Of a stretch of DNA of 64,000 bases, positions 21,592-31,230 are shown in pieces. The notes under the pieces were generated by a model. The model did not search any database, was not told where the DNA came from, and saw nothing but the letters and a program-made list of their open reading frames with translations. Each line of letters starts with the position of its first letter. Position 1 is the stretch's first letter. The translations under genes and the position numbers were made by a program. Source of the stretch: an uncultured virus (IMG/VR IMGVR_UViG_3300042363_000251) (Duplodnaviria > Heunggongvirae > Uroviricota > Caudoviricetes). The stretch lies in IMG/VR virus record IMGVR_UViG_3300042363_000251. One strand, given 5' to 3'.

Positions 21592-22195
21592 TCTTGGGCT
21601 TAGCTGGTCTGTTGATAGTACTCATTGGACTTTTATCGCCCATTGATTTCATATACTCTTCTGGCTTAAATGGATCAAACGCTTGTTTAGTTTTTTCACC
21701 AGCATACGGGCTTTCAATTTTATGATCTTTCATAGACTTTTCAATTTCATCTAAGTAAGAATTACCATATGCTTTTGCTGCTGCTTTAGCAGACTTATCA
21801 TCGGGATAATCGTTAGTTAATACTGGTGACTTTTCCATTTGATTTTCATACTGTTCTGCTTCATGATCAATGCTGTCATCAAACGCAGTAGAAACTAATC
21901 GCACTCTGTTTTCATCTATGTTTATTAATCTAGCCATTTGTCTAACCATTGGCTCAGTTGCAGGATATCTAAACTTTGCTTTAATGATATTTACAGACTG
22001 ATTTGTAACACCAGGAAATCCATATGGTGATTTTTGAATAGGTGTAGAAGTTGGTCCAGTAATTTCTATTGGATCAAATTTATTCAAGTTGTACTTGAAC
22101 AGGTCCATCTGTTTAGCATCTATATCGCCTACAATTTTAATAGTGTAGTCGTAACTGTGTACAGATTCTACCAAATAATGTTTGAAGCTTCGCAT
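21575..22195 (-). CDS. Hypothetical head-associated protein
   Basis: N-terminal MRSFKHYLVES resembles T4-like capsid-targeting/cleavage leaders; late motif upstream. Confidence 0.6.
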   Translation of the reverse strand: MRSFKHYLVESVHSYDYTIKIVGDIDAKQMDLFKYNLNKFDPIEITGPTSTPIQKSPYGFPGVTNQSVNIIKAKFRYPATEPMVRQMARLINIDENRVRLVSTAFDDSIDHEAEQYENQMEKSPVLTNDYPDDKSAKAAAKAYGNSYLDEIEKSMKDHKIESPYAGEKTKQAFDPFKPEEYMKSMGDKSPMSTINRPAKPKIGAGR

Positions 22196-22248
22196 GGTTA
22201 ATCCTTAAATATGTATAATATCTATTATTTATCTTTATCTTTTAAAAT

Positions 22249-22731
22249 CTACTTGTCTTTTGTATAAAGTTTTAAAAGTTCGTTTCTGTCTAATGCTTTA
22301 CCTTCACCGATAGGTGTGTTTTCTACTTCTTCGTGTTTGTTTTGTAGTTTTTGATCCAAAGCGGCTTTTTTTAATTGAAGATCAAGTTGTTTTAGCTTTT
22401 TATTAATTTTTGCAGTCTTTGCCGTAATCGCATGTCCCAACATACTACTAGCACTGTTAAATATTTCACTTGAAAATCTAGACTCTACTTGCATACCCAA
22501 ATCCATTAAGTCTTTGTAACTACTAGCTGCTAATTCTGCAAGTTCATCTAATTCGCTATCTGCCGCTTCCAATCCTCTTACTTGAGGTAATGCAGCTTCT
22601 ATTTTTTCTAAGTTAGTTAAAGCAGTTTGAGTGATTTCTTGCGCGTGGTCAAAAATAGGTTCTGATAAATCAGTATCTGAAATATCAGAGTCTTCGGGTA
22701 ATTCAAAAAGTTCGCTTAATTTTTTAGTCAT
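22249..22731 (-). CDS. Hypothetical protein, possibly terminase small subunit-like
   Basis: Two long helices followed by a coiled coil (KINKKLKQLDLQLKK) and a short C-terminal RNELLK, similar in architecture to T4 gp16; weak similarity only. Confidence 0.4.
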   Translation of the reverse strand: MTKKLSELFELPEDSDISDTDLSEPIFDHAQEITQTALTNLEKIEAALPQVRGLEAADSELDELAELAASSYKDLMDLGMQVESRFSSEIFNSASSMLGHAITAKTAKINKKLKQLDLQLKKAALDQKLQNKHEEVENTPIGEGKALDRNELLKLYTKDK

Positions 22732-22753
22732 GTAACTATTTATTAAAAAATAA

Positions 22754-23200
22754 TTATCTTTTTCCTTTTTTGCTAGTAGTATTCATGAATATTGAGTCTT
22801 CGCTTACTACTCTAAATACAAAACCGTTTTGTTTACAATATGCCATAGCAGCAGTAAACTTAGCTTGATTGACTATAGCATGTACTTTATCATGTCTAGT
22901 TTTAGCTTCTTGTAATGAAGTTTGACTTTTTGGTTTTACTTCAATTATTTCTGCACTGGTTTTGTGATGTTTGTTTTCATACATTACGAAAAAATCAGGA
23001 ATATACATTGAAGGTTTTCCCGTAAGAGGGTTTTTATAAGGAATTGCAATAGCTTCACTAGCCCATTTTAATATATGTTTGTTCTCATCTAAAAACATCA
23101 TTACTCGTAATTCCCAACCAGAACGATATCTTGGTGTGTGTTTACCTATATATTTGTCAGGATTTTTTGGAGTGTATTGACCTTGCGCCCATTTAGCCAT
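22754..23200 (-). CDS. gp4: Head completion nuclease (T4 gp4 / TnsA-like)
   Basis: PKNPDKYIG, YRSGWE, WASE, IPY, YIPDF, IEVKP, NQAKF. Confidence 0.88.
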   Translation of the reverse strand: MAKWAQGQYTPKNPDKYIGKHTPRYRSGWELRVMMFLDENKHILKWASEAIAIPYKNPLTGKPSMYIPDFFVMYENKHHKTSAEIIEVKPKSQTSLQEAKTRHDKVHAIVNQAKFTAAMAYCKQNGFVFRVVSEDSIFMNTTSKKGKR

Positions 23201-23563
23201 TTATTGGACTACATTTCTAGCAGCAAGTTGATTTGGTCTAGCAATAACTCCTACACCGTAAAGTGAAGTATTAGATTTAAAGCTATTCAAAAAGTAACAA
23301 ATAACTTTATTCATTTCAAGTTTGTTAGGTAACCCCTTTAACTGATCTAATAATTCTAATACAGGTATATCTGCTTCTTGTGATATTCTAAAAAGATTTG
23401 AAGTAAAGTTTCCAGCAATCGTATCATTATCTGATATTGATTTAAAATAAGAAAAAACAATGTCAAATTCATTGGCGTTTATACCAAGCTTGGTATTATA
23501 GAAATTATCGTATATTAATATAGTTCTGTCTGTGTTTTGAAGGTTATTAATTATTGTAGGCAT
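23201..23563 (-). CDS. Hypothetical late protein
   Basis: 120-aa ORF; TAAATA 5 nt upstream of the ATG. Confidence 0.7.
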   Translation of the reverse strand: MPTIINNLQNTDRTILIYDNFYNTKLGINANEFDIVFSYFKSISDNDTIAGNFTSNLFRISQEADIPVLELLDQLKGLPNKLEMNKVICYFLNSFKSNTSLYGVGVIARPNQLAARNVVQ

Positions 23564-23588
23564 AATATTATTTAGTCATTATGTGTTA

Positions 23589-24905
23589 TTACAAACTTCT
23601 TCTAGTAATCGGCTGACCTAAGTTAGCTGGATATGATGTTGCACCACTTGAATTAACTTGACCGCCGGCAGGAAGAGGTGCTCTAGTTATACCTGCTCTA
23701 GTGTCAAATGCCGCGAAACTTTGAGCACCGGCAGGAAGAGGTGCTCTAGTTATACCTGCTCTAGTGTCAACTGCCGCATGGCTGATGGCGCCAGTAGTAG
23801 GTGCACTTGCTGTTGCTACAGGTGACGGAGTAGAACCAACTTGCTGGAAAAACGCACCTATATTTCTAGTTACGTTGGGATTAGTTAAAGCAGATGTTAC
23901 TCCATTTAACAACTCTTGTTTTATATTTTGTTTAAGATCAGTATTTTTAAAAGTGTTGTACGAGGTGCCTGCGAGTTTGATAGCACCTAAAATATTTCCT
24001 TGACTTAACGCTTCTATAGTTCCACCTACACCATCTACTAAACCTCCCTGCCCTAATATTGTTCTATTTGAGCCGGGGATAGAAATAGGACTTAATCTTC
24101 TATCATAAGTTTCTTCTGAACCAAAACCTGTTATAATATTATCCGGTCTAGTACCATCAATTGAGCCATAATCATATACTACAGTTTCATAATCAATAGT
24201 CATTTGATTTTGCATAATGCCGCTACCTTGATCATAGTTATAAGTATCATGAGAAAACTGTGTTATGACGGGGTTTACTAATGTATAAGATACGAAATTA
24301 TGTCGGTTTAGTCCATACACTGTAATATTTTTAAAGAATTGAACTTTTACGTTGTTGTTATTGTATGCGTCACCGGTGAATCCCCAGTTTTCACCTATTA
24401 TACTAGGTTGGTAAATGTTTCTCGTTGTTAAGTCATCACCTGCTACCGTTCCGTCAGCACTGAAATCAGAAAACGCCGAACCTTGAATACGTCTGTTGAA
24501 ACTCTTGTCCATGTCACGATAGTTGTATCTATAATAAGCTTCCCAAAGTTTCGTAGCTTTGTTAGCATTATCATCGTGAAATGTTATAGTAACAGGTTCA
24601 TACTTTATTTTAGTTTGTATAATTCTTTTTCTATTGTATTGGTTCATCTGAAAAGTATCAAATGTATAGCTAGGTAATTTAATTTCTTTTACTAATAAAC
24701 CTAAGTTTTGAGTTTTGTCTATTCCTGCATTATAAATTTCTTGATTTATTTCAAAATATGTATGAAATAAAAATTTATACTTAGGAGTATTTTCATAGAA
24801 ATTAGGTCTAAATGTTTTAGATGCATGGGTAAAGTCTCTAAGATAGTCGCTGCCGAAGAATCCTCCAGCAGCGCCTCTTAGTAAGTCTTGAAAAAATCCA
24901 GACAT
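23589..24905 (-). CDS. Tail tube-like / baseplate tube-initiator protein
   Basis: PKYKFLF...LPSYTF...YN...YEPVTITFHDD parallels the adjacent tail tube gene (PKLQYRF...RP...YN...WQPVTVNIRDD). Confidence 0.7.
   Translation of the reverse strand: MSGFFQDLLRGAAGGFFGSDYLRDFTHASKTFRPNFYENTPKYKFLFHTYFEINQEIYNAGIDKTQNLGLLVKEIKLPSYTFDTFQMNQYNRKRIIQTKIKYEPVTITFHDDNANKATKLWEAYYRYNYRDMDKSFNRRIQGSAFSDFSADGTVAGDDLTTRNIYQPSIIGENWGFTGDAYNNNNVKVQFFKNITVYGLNRHNFVSYTLVNPVITQFSHDTYNYDQGSGIMQNQMTIDYETVVYDYGSIDGTRPDNIITGFGSEETYDRRLSPISIPGSNRTILGQGGLVDGVGGTIEALSQGNILGAIKLAGTSYNTFKNTDLKQNIKQELLNGVTSALTNPNVTRNIGAFFQQVGSTPSPVATASAPTTGAISHAAVDTRAGITRAPLPAGAQSFAAFDTRAGITRAPLPAGGQVNSSGATSYPANLGQPITRRSL
23665..23777. repeat. 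In-frame tandem duplication, period 63 nt (43 nt identical)
   Basis: CCGGCAGGAAGAGGTGCTCTAGTTATACCTGCTCTAGTGTCAA at 23665 and 23728; encodes DTRAGITRAPLPAG twice. Confidence 0.95.
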
Positions 24906-24924
24906 TTATAAACTACCTAAAGTA

Positions 24925-25596
24925 TTATGCACTAGGTGTATTTGAACCTATACCAGTAGCAATACCTTGAGCAGCAGCATCAGCAACAATTCTACCAATA
25001 CGCTGACCAACACCAGCAGTACCAAGAGTATCACCCTGAGTTTGAACTGCGTTGTCGTAACGAATAGTAAGTGCTATAGTAGCTGCTTCACTTGTTGCAT
25101 AGTTTAACTGGTTATAGTTTGCTTGTTGTAAGTAGCATCCGTATAATTCCCAATTTTCTAATACAACCGGTACAGCAGTTCCGTTACCACCATCTAGAAC
25201 TTGAACGTTAACTTGGAATTTAAAATCTTGACCAGATGCAGCAGACGCTTGTTCTACAAAGTCTAATTGCTTTTGCAATTGCTGGCCTACTGCTTTAGAG
25301 ACTGATCCTGATGCATCGTCCCTGATGTTAACAGTAACTGGTTGCCAAGTGTGTTTACCCGGTAAGTAAATTCTTGAGTTGTATACGTTTAGTGTAATCT
25401 CGTCAAACTGTACTTGTGGTCTGGTTACATCCATTACTTGTTTTGTTAAGCTTAATCCGCCATCAACATCAACACCAAAGTTTAAGAAGTTAACTCTAAA
25501 ACGGTATTGTAGTTTAGGCATCAGCAAGCCTTGGTTGCCACCTGCGTTATCAGATGCTACTGTCATGTTGAACAACGAATTTGAGGCTGTCGCCAT
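24925..25596 (-). CDS. gp19: Tail tube protein (T4 gp19-like)
   Basis: Directly downstream of the sheath gene; GKHTWQPVTVNIRDD, WELYGCY, LNYATSE, LTIRYDNA. Confidence 0.88.
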   Translation of the reverse strand: MATASNSLFNMTVASDNAGGNQGLLMPKLQYRFRVNFLNFGVDVDGGLSLTKQVMDVTRPQVQFDEITLNVYNSRIYLPGKHTWQPVTVNIRDDASGSVSKAVGQQLQKQLDFVEQASAASGQDFKFQVNVQVLDGGNGTAVPVVLENWELYGCYLQQANYNQLNYATSEAATIALTIRYDNAVQTQGDTLGTAGVGQRIGRIVADAAAQGIATGIGSNTPSA

Positions 25597-25628
25597 GTTA
25601 TTTCTCCTGTTTTATATATTTATCTTTT

Positions 25629-25664
25629 TAAATGAGAGGGGCTTAACCCCTCTCATTTATTTTA
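25629..25664. terminator. Stem-loop/terminator between sheath and tube genes
   Basis: 13-bp stem TAAATGAGAGGGG-CTTAA-CCCCTCTCATTTA. Confidence 0.8.
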
Positions 25665-28600
25665 TTATCTCAAACTAGTTGGTGCTGCACCGTCTAATGA
25701 TGATGATAACTCACCTGTATTCAAGATACGAACTGGGATGTAGATAAATTCAGCAGCTTTCACTGGCTCAATCGCTACATCTACGTAAAGTTCGTTTCTA
25801 TCTATTCTAGCAGGTGTGTTGTTTGAATCGTCACACACTACTAAGTAGTCGTACAACCCTCGTTTAGCCACTAAATCAACTAATAGAGTTTGTACTACAC
25901 CTGTTATTTGCTGTCTAGTTAACGCATCATTAGGCTCAAATACAAACGGTCTAGCAGCTATTGTTAACTGACGACGGATATATGCTACTAATCTTGCTAC
26001 GTTAATTCTGTCAAGTGCGCTTTGTGAATTAAAGCTTGACTTGTTGCCATAGTTTAACAATCCGTTTCCAGTAAAGAATACTAGAGGGTTGATAAAGTTT
26101 GTATACAACACATCTCTAATTCCAACTCTAGTTCGTGTAGATTGGAATTCACCTGTTTGTGCATCTAAGTAACCAATGCTTAATGCATTATCAATAACAC
26201 CTCTTCTAGTACCTGCAGGAGCAAACCAAGGATAAGCGATAGAGTCATTACGTAAAATAGTTCTTAACATCATATGTGATGCTGGAACTACTACTTCATT
26301 TCCTGCTAAATCATTAGTCAAACCACTTGGATAAAATAGACCCATGTAAGTACTTCTAGTTACTAACCCGTCATCGCCTGTAGAAGTTGCGCCAGCAGCA
26401 TTAGTTGCCCATGCTTGAATTGCTGTAGCTGTTTCTGGCAATCTCATTGGAGTATCACCAATGATAAACCCAGTTTCTCCTCTATCTGCGTTTAGTACAA
26501 TCATGTTTGCTTGAAGTTCTGGATAGTTCGGAGTAGCAATCAAGTTAAAGAAGTTGTCTTCATCTCTAATAGCAGTATTAGTGTCAATAGATGCTCTTAA
26601 CGCCTGAACTACCATTGCTCTTTGAGCTTTACGACCCATGTACGGAGCACCATTAGATTGTAATCCAGACACAGATACCCAAGCATCTTTTTCTGTTGGT
26701 AACGCAACATCTGGGAAACTAGTAGAGTTAAAGTAATTAGTTATAAACTCTTTAACGTTATAGCCTGATCGTCTAGTGTTGAATAACAACATACCTGTTG
26801 GATATAAGCTATCATCAGGAGCATCTAAATCTAAGTAGTTGCTTGTTAACAAGCTAACAATTGTTGGAACTGCATCTGTTGCTGGATTTGTTGTTGCGTT
26901 GGTCGCCCAACGTGCATCAGCAAAGACAACACCTGTTGGATTTGTTTGATCAGTGTTATCAATTCTTACCCACTGATCAGTACCGCTAACACTTTGCCAA
27001 CGATTGATAATAGGATAATTTTCTAAATCACTTATATCAATCCAAAGATCACCGTATGCTAATGCAGTACCATCGGATTGAAGAGTTGGTGCGCTTGCGC
27101 TTACAATAGGACCGTTAGGATCAGTAGCGTTCACACCGCTTGGTAGTGGAAAACCTGAACTGCTAAAGTTGATGTTTCTGTATCCTCTCCAGCCTGCTGA
27201 AGTATTTACCATAATGTCTACTTGATCTACAACGCTATAGAACCAATTAGTTCCTGTAACCGGAGCTTCAGTTAATGCAGTTGCGCTTGCTGTAGGATCA
27301 GCTTCGATCCAGTCAGATAGTAATGAAGTATAAACAACATTAGGAGTTCCTGATACAAAAGTTATGCCTTCTAACGCGCCTGCACCACTTACTTGTGTTA
27401 CTTCAACTACTAAATTGTTAGCTGGAGCAGTACCACCTAAATTTGCTCCAGAAACGGTAAGTTGATCTCCTACTACATAACCTGTACCTGCGTTAGAAAA
27501 AGTGGTTGAATTTACTGCATATGTAGAAGCAAGAGAAACTGATAGTACTGCGGATGAGCCAGCACCACCGGTAACAACAGGTGTGTATGTAGGTGTTAGA
27601 ATAGCACCCTGTTTAACATAGTCGGTTGTACCTGCGATAAATCCAGCTTCGGTTAAAAATCCGTTATTATCAGTAATTTGTATCACACCACCGGCAGTAT
27701 GAGTAATTACTAATGCACCTGCAGAATTTAGTTCTATACTAGTATAAGGTATTGCAGCATTAGTCCAATCAACGATAAAGTCGGCGGCGGTGGCGTTGTC
27801 AGCTACAATTACTGTATAAGCACTAGACAGTGGGGCAATTCCCGGTTGCGATACTTGTACAGAAAGAGTATAGGGGCCGCTAGGAAACGTTGGATTTTCT
27901 ACAGTTCCCGTTACTACAGTTGCCCCTGCATTTGCTTTTTTCCAATAATAAATAGGACTATCTGATGGATACAAATTGTTGAAGTTATATTGCGCATAAA
28001 GAGTGTTTGCATCAATATTTAAACCTCCTTCTGCATCTAAGGATGCTATGGCTGCGTTATCAGATACCGCAAGGGTTACTGTTTTAGCATTCCAAGCAGC
28101 TAAATCACTAGACCATTCTTCTATCACAGGAGTTAATCCGTTACCGACAGATCCTACTTTGATCCAAATAGAACCAGTAGGTCTAGAAACGGTTTGACCA
28201 GTTTGCCATAGAGGTTGTTGTGAGGAAGTAGCGTATGTAATTACAGGTTGAAAGTAATTCCCAGCAGTAATACCTAAGTCAGTTAATACAGTGCCTGTTC
28301 CTGCTACAATAGTAATAAATTTAGGTGCTATATCATCAAGATTTTGAGAAGAATATATATTTAATTTTCCACCGATTACAGAAGCACTTACACCGCCCCA
28401 ACCTAAGTTATTAATTGCAGCAGCTACGCCTGATACTGTGTTGTTAGTAGCTGCTGGAACTGTAATAGTAGCACTTACTTGAGTAGTACCGGATAATCTG
28501 ATTATAAAAGTATTTGCTGCGGTAAGTGACGTAGGTGCGTTAGAACCTTGGATAGCAGGAACATTTTGTAACCAAGCATTACTACCAATACTAACCCAAG

Positions 28601-29234
28601 TATTTGTAGTTGCTTTGTAGAAAAACTGTTTACCAGTAGCACTAGTAGGAGTACTATAAGTTGGTATAGCGATTACCGCGTAATCACCGATATTACCTAC
28701 AGTATTAACAGGTGAACCAGCTGATACTTGCGTACTATCAGTTATTACGATTGGAGTTTGTAACGTAAACTGACCAGTAGTTTGGTTGAATACATAAATA
28801 CCCCAAGTTGTTTCAGAAGTATTTAACCATAGAGTTCCATCTGATGGTTCACCTGAAGGTCTTCCAGTTTGACCAACTAATGCAGCCAAGTCAATGTCTG
28901 CTCTCATGCAATATACTGTATTAGTAGCACCTAAAGCAGAGTATGCGGCTAATAATCCATATTCGTTTAATTCATACCCTTGAATAGGTGTACCATTAGT
29001 AGACGTATAAAAGAATGGATTACCGTATAAGTTAACAAGATCACGCTGACTTGTTACTCTAAACAATTTGTTTGCGTTAGCAGCAGTTGTTCCTGATGCT
29101 ATCCCTGTACCGCTAGGGTTAACTTTATTTTGTGCAGTTGCTAATAGCACAAATGGTATTGAATTTGTTGGCGCTGGTAAGTACTGAGATTCATCAGTAA
29201 TACTAACTTGTACGCCGGGTGATGTTAATGCCAT
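25665..29234 (-). CDS. gp18: Contractile tail sheath protein (T4 gp18-like), extended
   Basis: MALTSPGVQVSITDES, PWFAPAGTRRG, RDVLYTNFINP, LDRINVARL, FVFEPND, VCDDSNNTP, IEPVKAAEFIYIP. Confidence 0.95.
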   Translation of the reverse strand: MALTSPGVQVSITDESQYLPAPTNSIPFVLLATAQNKVNPSGTGIASGTTAANANKLFRVTSQRDLVNLYGNPFFYTSTNGTPIQGYELNEYGLLAAYSALGATNTVYCMRADIDLAALVGQTGRPSGEPSDGTLWLNTSETTWGIYVFNQTTGQFTLQTPIVITDSTQVSAGSPVNTVGNIGDYAVIAIPTYSTPTSATGKQFFYKATTNTWVSIGSNAWLQNVPAIQGSNAPTSLTAANTFIIRLSGTTQVSATITVPAATNNTVSGVAAAINNLGWGGVSASVIGGKLNIYSSQNLDDIAPKFITIVAGTGTVLTDLGITAGNYFQPVITYATSSQQPLWQTGQTVSRPTGSIWIKVGSVGNGLTPVIEEWSSDLAAWNAKTVTLAVSDNAAIASLDAEGGLNIDANTLYAQYNFNNLYPSDSPIYYWKKANAGATVVTGTVENPTFPSGPYTLSVQVSQPGIAPLSSAYTVIVADNATAADFIVDWTNAAIPYTSIELNSAGALVITHTAGGVIQITDNNGFLTEAGFIAGTTDYVKQGAILTPTYTPVVTGGAGSSAVLSVSLASTYAVNSTTFSNAGTGYVVGDQLTVSGANLGGTAPANNLVVEVTQVSGAGALEGITFVSGTPNVVYTSLLSDWIEADPTASATALTEAPVTGTNWFYSVVDQVDIMVNTSAGWRGYRNINFSSSGFPLPSGVNATDPNGPIVSASAPTLQSDGTALAYGDLWIDISDLENYPIINRWQSVSGTDQWVRIDNTDQTNPTGVVFADARWATNATTNPATDAVPTIVSLLTSNYLDLDAPDDSLYPTGMLLFNTRRSGYNVKEFITNYFNSTSFPDVALPTEKDAWVSVSGLQSNGAPYMGRKAQRAMVVQALRASIDTNTAIRDEDNFFNLIATPNYPELQANMIVLNADRGETGFIIGDTPMRLPETATAIQAWATNAAGATSTGDDGLVTRSTYMGLFYPSGLTNDLAGNEVVVPASHMMLRTILRNDSIAYPWFAPAGTRRGVIDNALSIGYLDAQTGEFQSTRTRVGIRDVLYTNFINPLVFFTGNGLLNYGNKSSFNSQSALDRINVARLVAYIRRQLTIAARPFVFEPNDALTRQQITGVVQTLLVDLVAKRGLYDYLVVCDDSNNTPARIDRNELYVDVAIEPVKAAEFIYIPVRILNTGELSSSLDGAAPTSLR

Positions 29235-29293
29235 AATAATTTTCCTTTAGTTGTAATATTTTGAGGTTTACTAACCTATACTGCGTTTCTTTT

Positions 29294-29300
29294 ATTTATC
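29294..29300 (-). promoter_or_regulatory. T4-like late promoter motif (representative copy, upstream of the tail sheath gene)
   Basis: (G)ATAAATA/CTAAATA recurs upstream of most structural genes (minus: about 2875, 7805, 13430, 18503, 22226, 22737, 23569, 25617, 31187, 38781, 41089, 43210, 44146, 44647, 46833, 50068; plus: 29356, 33561, 50111); resembles the T4 gp55-dependent TATAAATA. Confidence 0.8.
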
Positions 29301-29366
29301 AAATACTAAAGAAAATTAACACCTACATCAATTCTGGATGCCTTTGAAGGTAGAATAAATATTTAT

Positions 29367-29717
29367 ATGAATATAAGACCTATATGTCCAAAATGTAATA
29401 CATGTGTTTGTGCTATCAATTATAAGAAAAATAATGTGTATCATTATAGAAGCACATGTAATAGCTGCGGTAGGAAAAAGCCCAGAAAAAAACCCAGAAC
29501 TTTTCTTTGGCAAAAAAGCGGTTATAAGAAAAAAACAATGTGTGACTTATGTGGATTTAGAAGTGTATACGCTACTCAAATAGTAGTGTACCATATCAAC
29601 GGGGATTTAACTGATATTAAGTTAAACAATCTACGCAGTATATGTTTATGCTGCGTAGAAGTTGTCAAAAGAAAAGAAGTGACTTGGAAGAGGGGAGATT
29701 TACAAGTTGACTATTAA
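29367..29717 (+). CDS. Zn-ribbon plus degenerate HNH-like protein
   Basis: Several CxxC pairs; VYHINGD...NL..ICLCC resembles an HNH core; TAAATA 5 nt upstream of the ATG. Confidence 0.6.
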   Translation: MNIRPICPKCNTCVCAINYKKNNVYHYRSTCNSCGRKKPRKKPRTFLWQKSGYKKKTMCDLCGFRSVYATQIVVYHINGDLTDIKLNNLRSICLCCVEVVKRKEVTWKRGDLQVDY

Positions 29718-30317
29718 GTTTAATGATGCAAACAAATCTTCTTTAGTGCCGTTATTAGCTAGGTAACAATCATACTCTAATCCTACAGAACTGTATTCGC
29801 TAGCATGAACGCCTCGAGGCGGTAAGCAACCTTCAGTACCTTGATTGAATCTAACAGCATCATCATACCAGTTCGGAAGTTCACCGCGTTCAATACGAAT
29901 CAATTTTCCATTTAGTTTTTTTACTACACTTAGTTCGTTAGCAAATCTAGCATCAGTTATTACGATATTACCTTCGCATTTAAGAATTTTGTTTTCTAAC
30001 GATGCTACCCAAATATCTTTATGAAAACCATGTCTACAAACTTCAGTACCCCAGTATTGTAATATCCATCTAGGAGTAAGATGGGGCATGTTTAATCTAG
30101 CAGCCCACCATGGATCAATTTGTTCTCTCCATTGTCTACTCTCTAAAGTTTCACCTTCAAGTAAAACACGATCCCACCCAAATACTACTGCGATAGCATC
30201 TTTTAACGATCCTGCAAAGCTTAGTTTAGTAAAATTATGATTGTTGATTAAGTATTCTGCTGCTGTATCTTTACCCGAGCCTATGAAACCCGAGATAGAT
30301 ATAATTTTGTTGGGCAT
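29700..30317 (-). CDS. Deoxynucleoside monophosphate kinase (T4 gp1-like)
   Basis: ISGFIGSGKDT, SFAGSLKD, TPRWILQYWGTE, ITDARFANE, HASE. Confidence 0.9.
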   Translation of the reverse strand: MPNKIISISGFIGSGKDTAAEYLINNHNFTKLSFAGSLKDAIAVVFGWDRVLLEGETLESRQWREQIDPWWAARLNMPHLTPRWILQYWGTEVCRHGFHKDIWVASLENKILKCEGNIVITDARFANELSVVKKLNGKLIRIERGELPNWYDDAVRFNQGTEGCLPPRGVHASEYSSVGLEYDCYLANNGTKEDLFASLNLIVNL

Positions 30318-30382
30318 GTTATTCTCCTATGATTCTAATAGAATAACAGAATGAACAGTCAATTGTCAAGTAAATTGGTTAA

Positions 30383-31159
30383 TTAGCCTTGCACCCATGT
30401 CAGAGGTTGTGAATTATCAACATATCGTTTGAGTTCATCAATCAATTTCTCTATCATAGCATAGCCTTCACTTTTCATTGCTGCGCCGTTAAGTGATGTA
30501 CCACCACTGGGTCCAGCAATAGTAGCAAACTTTTCTCTGGCTTCACCAATGATAGTTTTTAAAACCGCAAGTGTATAATCTTGAATCCAAGTACCAGTAG
30601 AAGGGTCTTGTAACAATGTAGCTTCAGGTCGCAGGATATCCGCCCAAATAAGGATCTTTTCACCTGAACCCTTAAAATCACGAACTATTCTAAGTGTCTT
30701 AGATACAGGATCAAATGTATAAGTCAAGTAACCACCAAACATTCTAGCAGCTAACTCAACATAACCAGCATAAAAATCGTAAGTAGCCAAGCCACCGGCA
30801 GAGTTATAATTAAGCAAGTAAGTATTTAATATCGCACTTGAAAATGGATCAAATGAGCTGGCGCCGGGGCCAGTTTCTAATCCAACTGTTCTACGGTATA
30901 AGCATCTTACATTAATAAATTCACTGGGAAGTGTATAAGTATCTACATTTTTTTCTATAGTAAAAAGTGTGTAAGTTTCCTGTGTGGAATTCTGCGCACG
31001 TTGTCTATATGTAGATATAGCATAATTATATGCTACTTCCAAGTGCTCAGGATCAACTTCAAGATCAATTATATTTTGACCTAATCTTAATAAACATGAA
31101 TTAAATAATTGCTCTTTTAATTGAGTAAGATTAAGATTAGTTGGAATTGTTTGGATCAT
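30383..31159 (-). CDS. gp13: Neck protein (T4 gp13-like)
   Basis: LLRLGQNIIDLEVD, WIQDYTLA..K...GEAREKF...GPSGGTSLNG. Confidence 0.85.
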   Translation of the reverse strand: MIQTIPTNLNLTQLKEQLFNSCLLRLGQNIIDLEVDPEHLEVAYNYAISTYRQRAQNSTQETYTLFTIEKNVDTYTLPSEFINVRCLYRRTVGLETGPGASSFDPFSSAILNTYLLNYNSAGGLATYDFYAGYVELAARMFGGYLTYTFDPVSKTLRIVRDFKGSGEKILIWADILRPEATLLQDPSTGTWIQDYTLAVLKTIIGEAREKFATIAGPSGGTSLNGAAMKSEGYAMIEKLIDELKRYVDNSQPLTWVQG

Positions 31160-31230
31160 TTTTCATGGTTCCTTTATGTTATAACTATTTATCTGGTTAC
31201 ATTTAGTTTACATGAAATAATTATTCTAAG

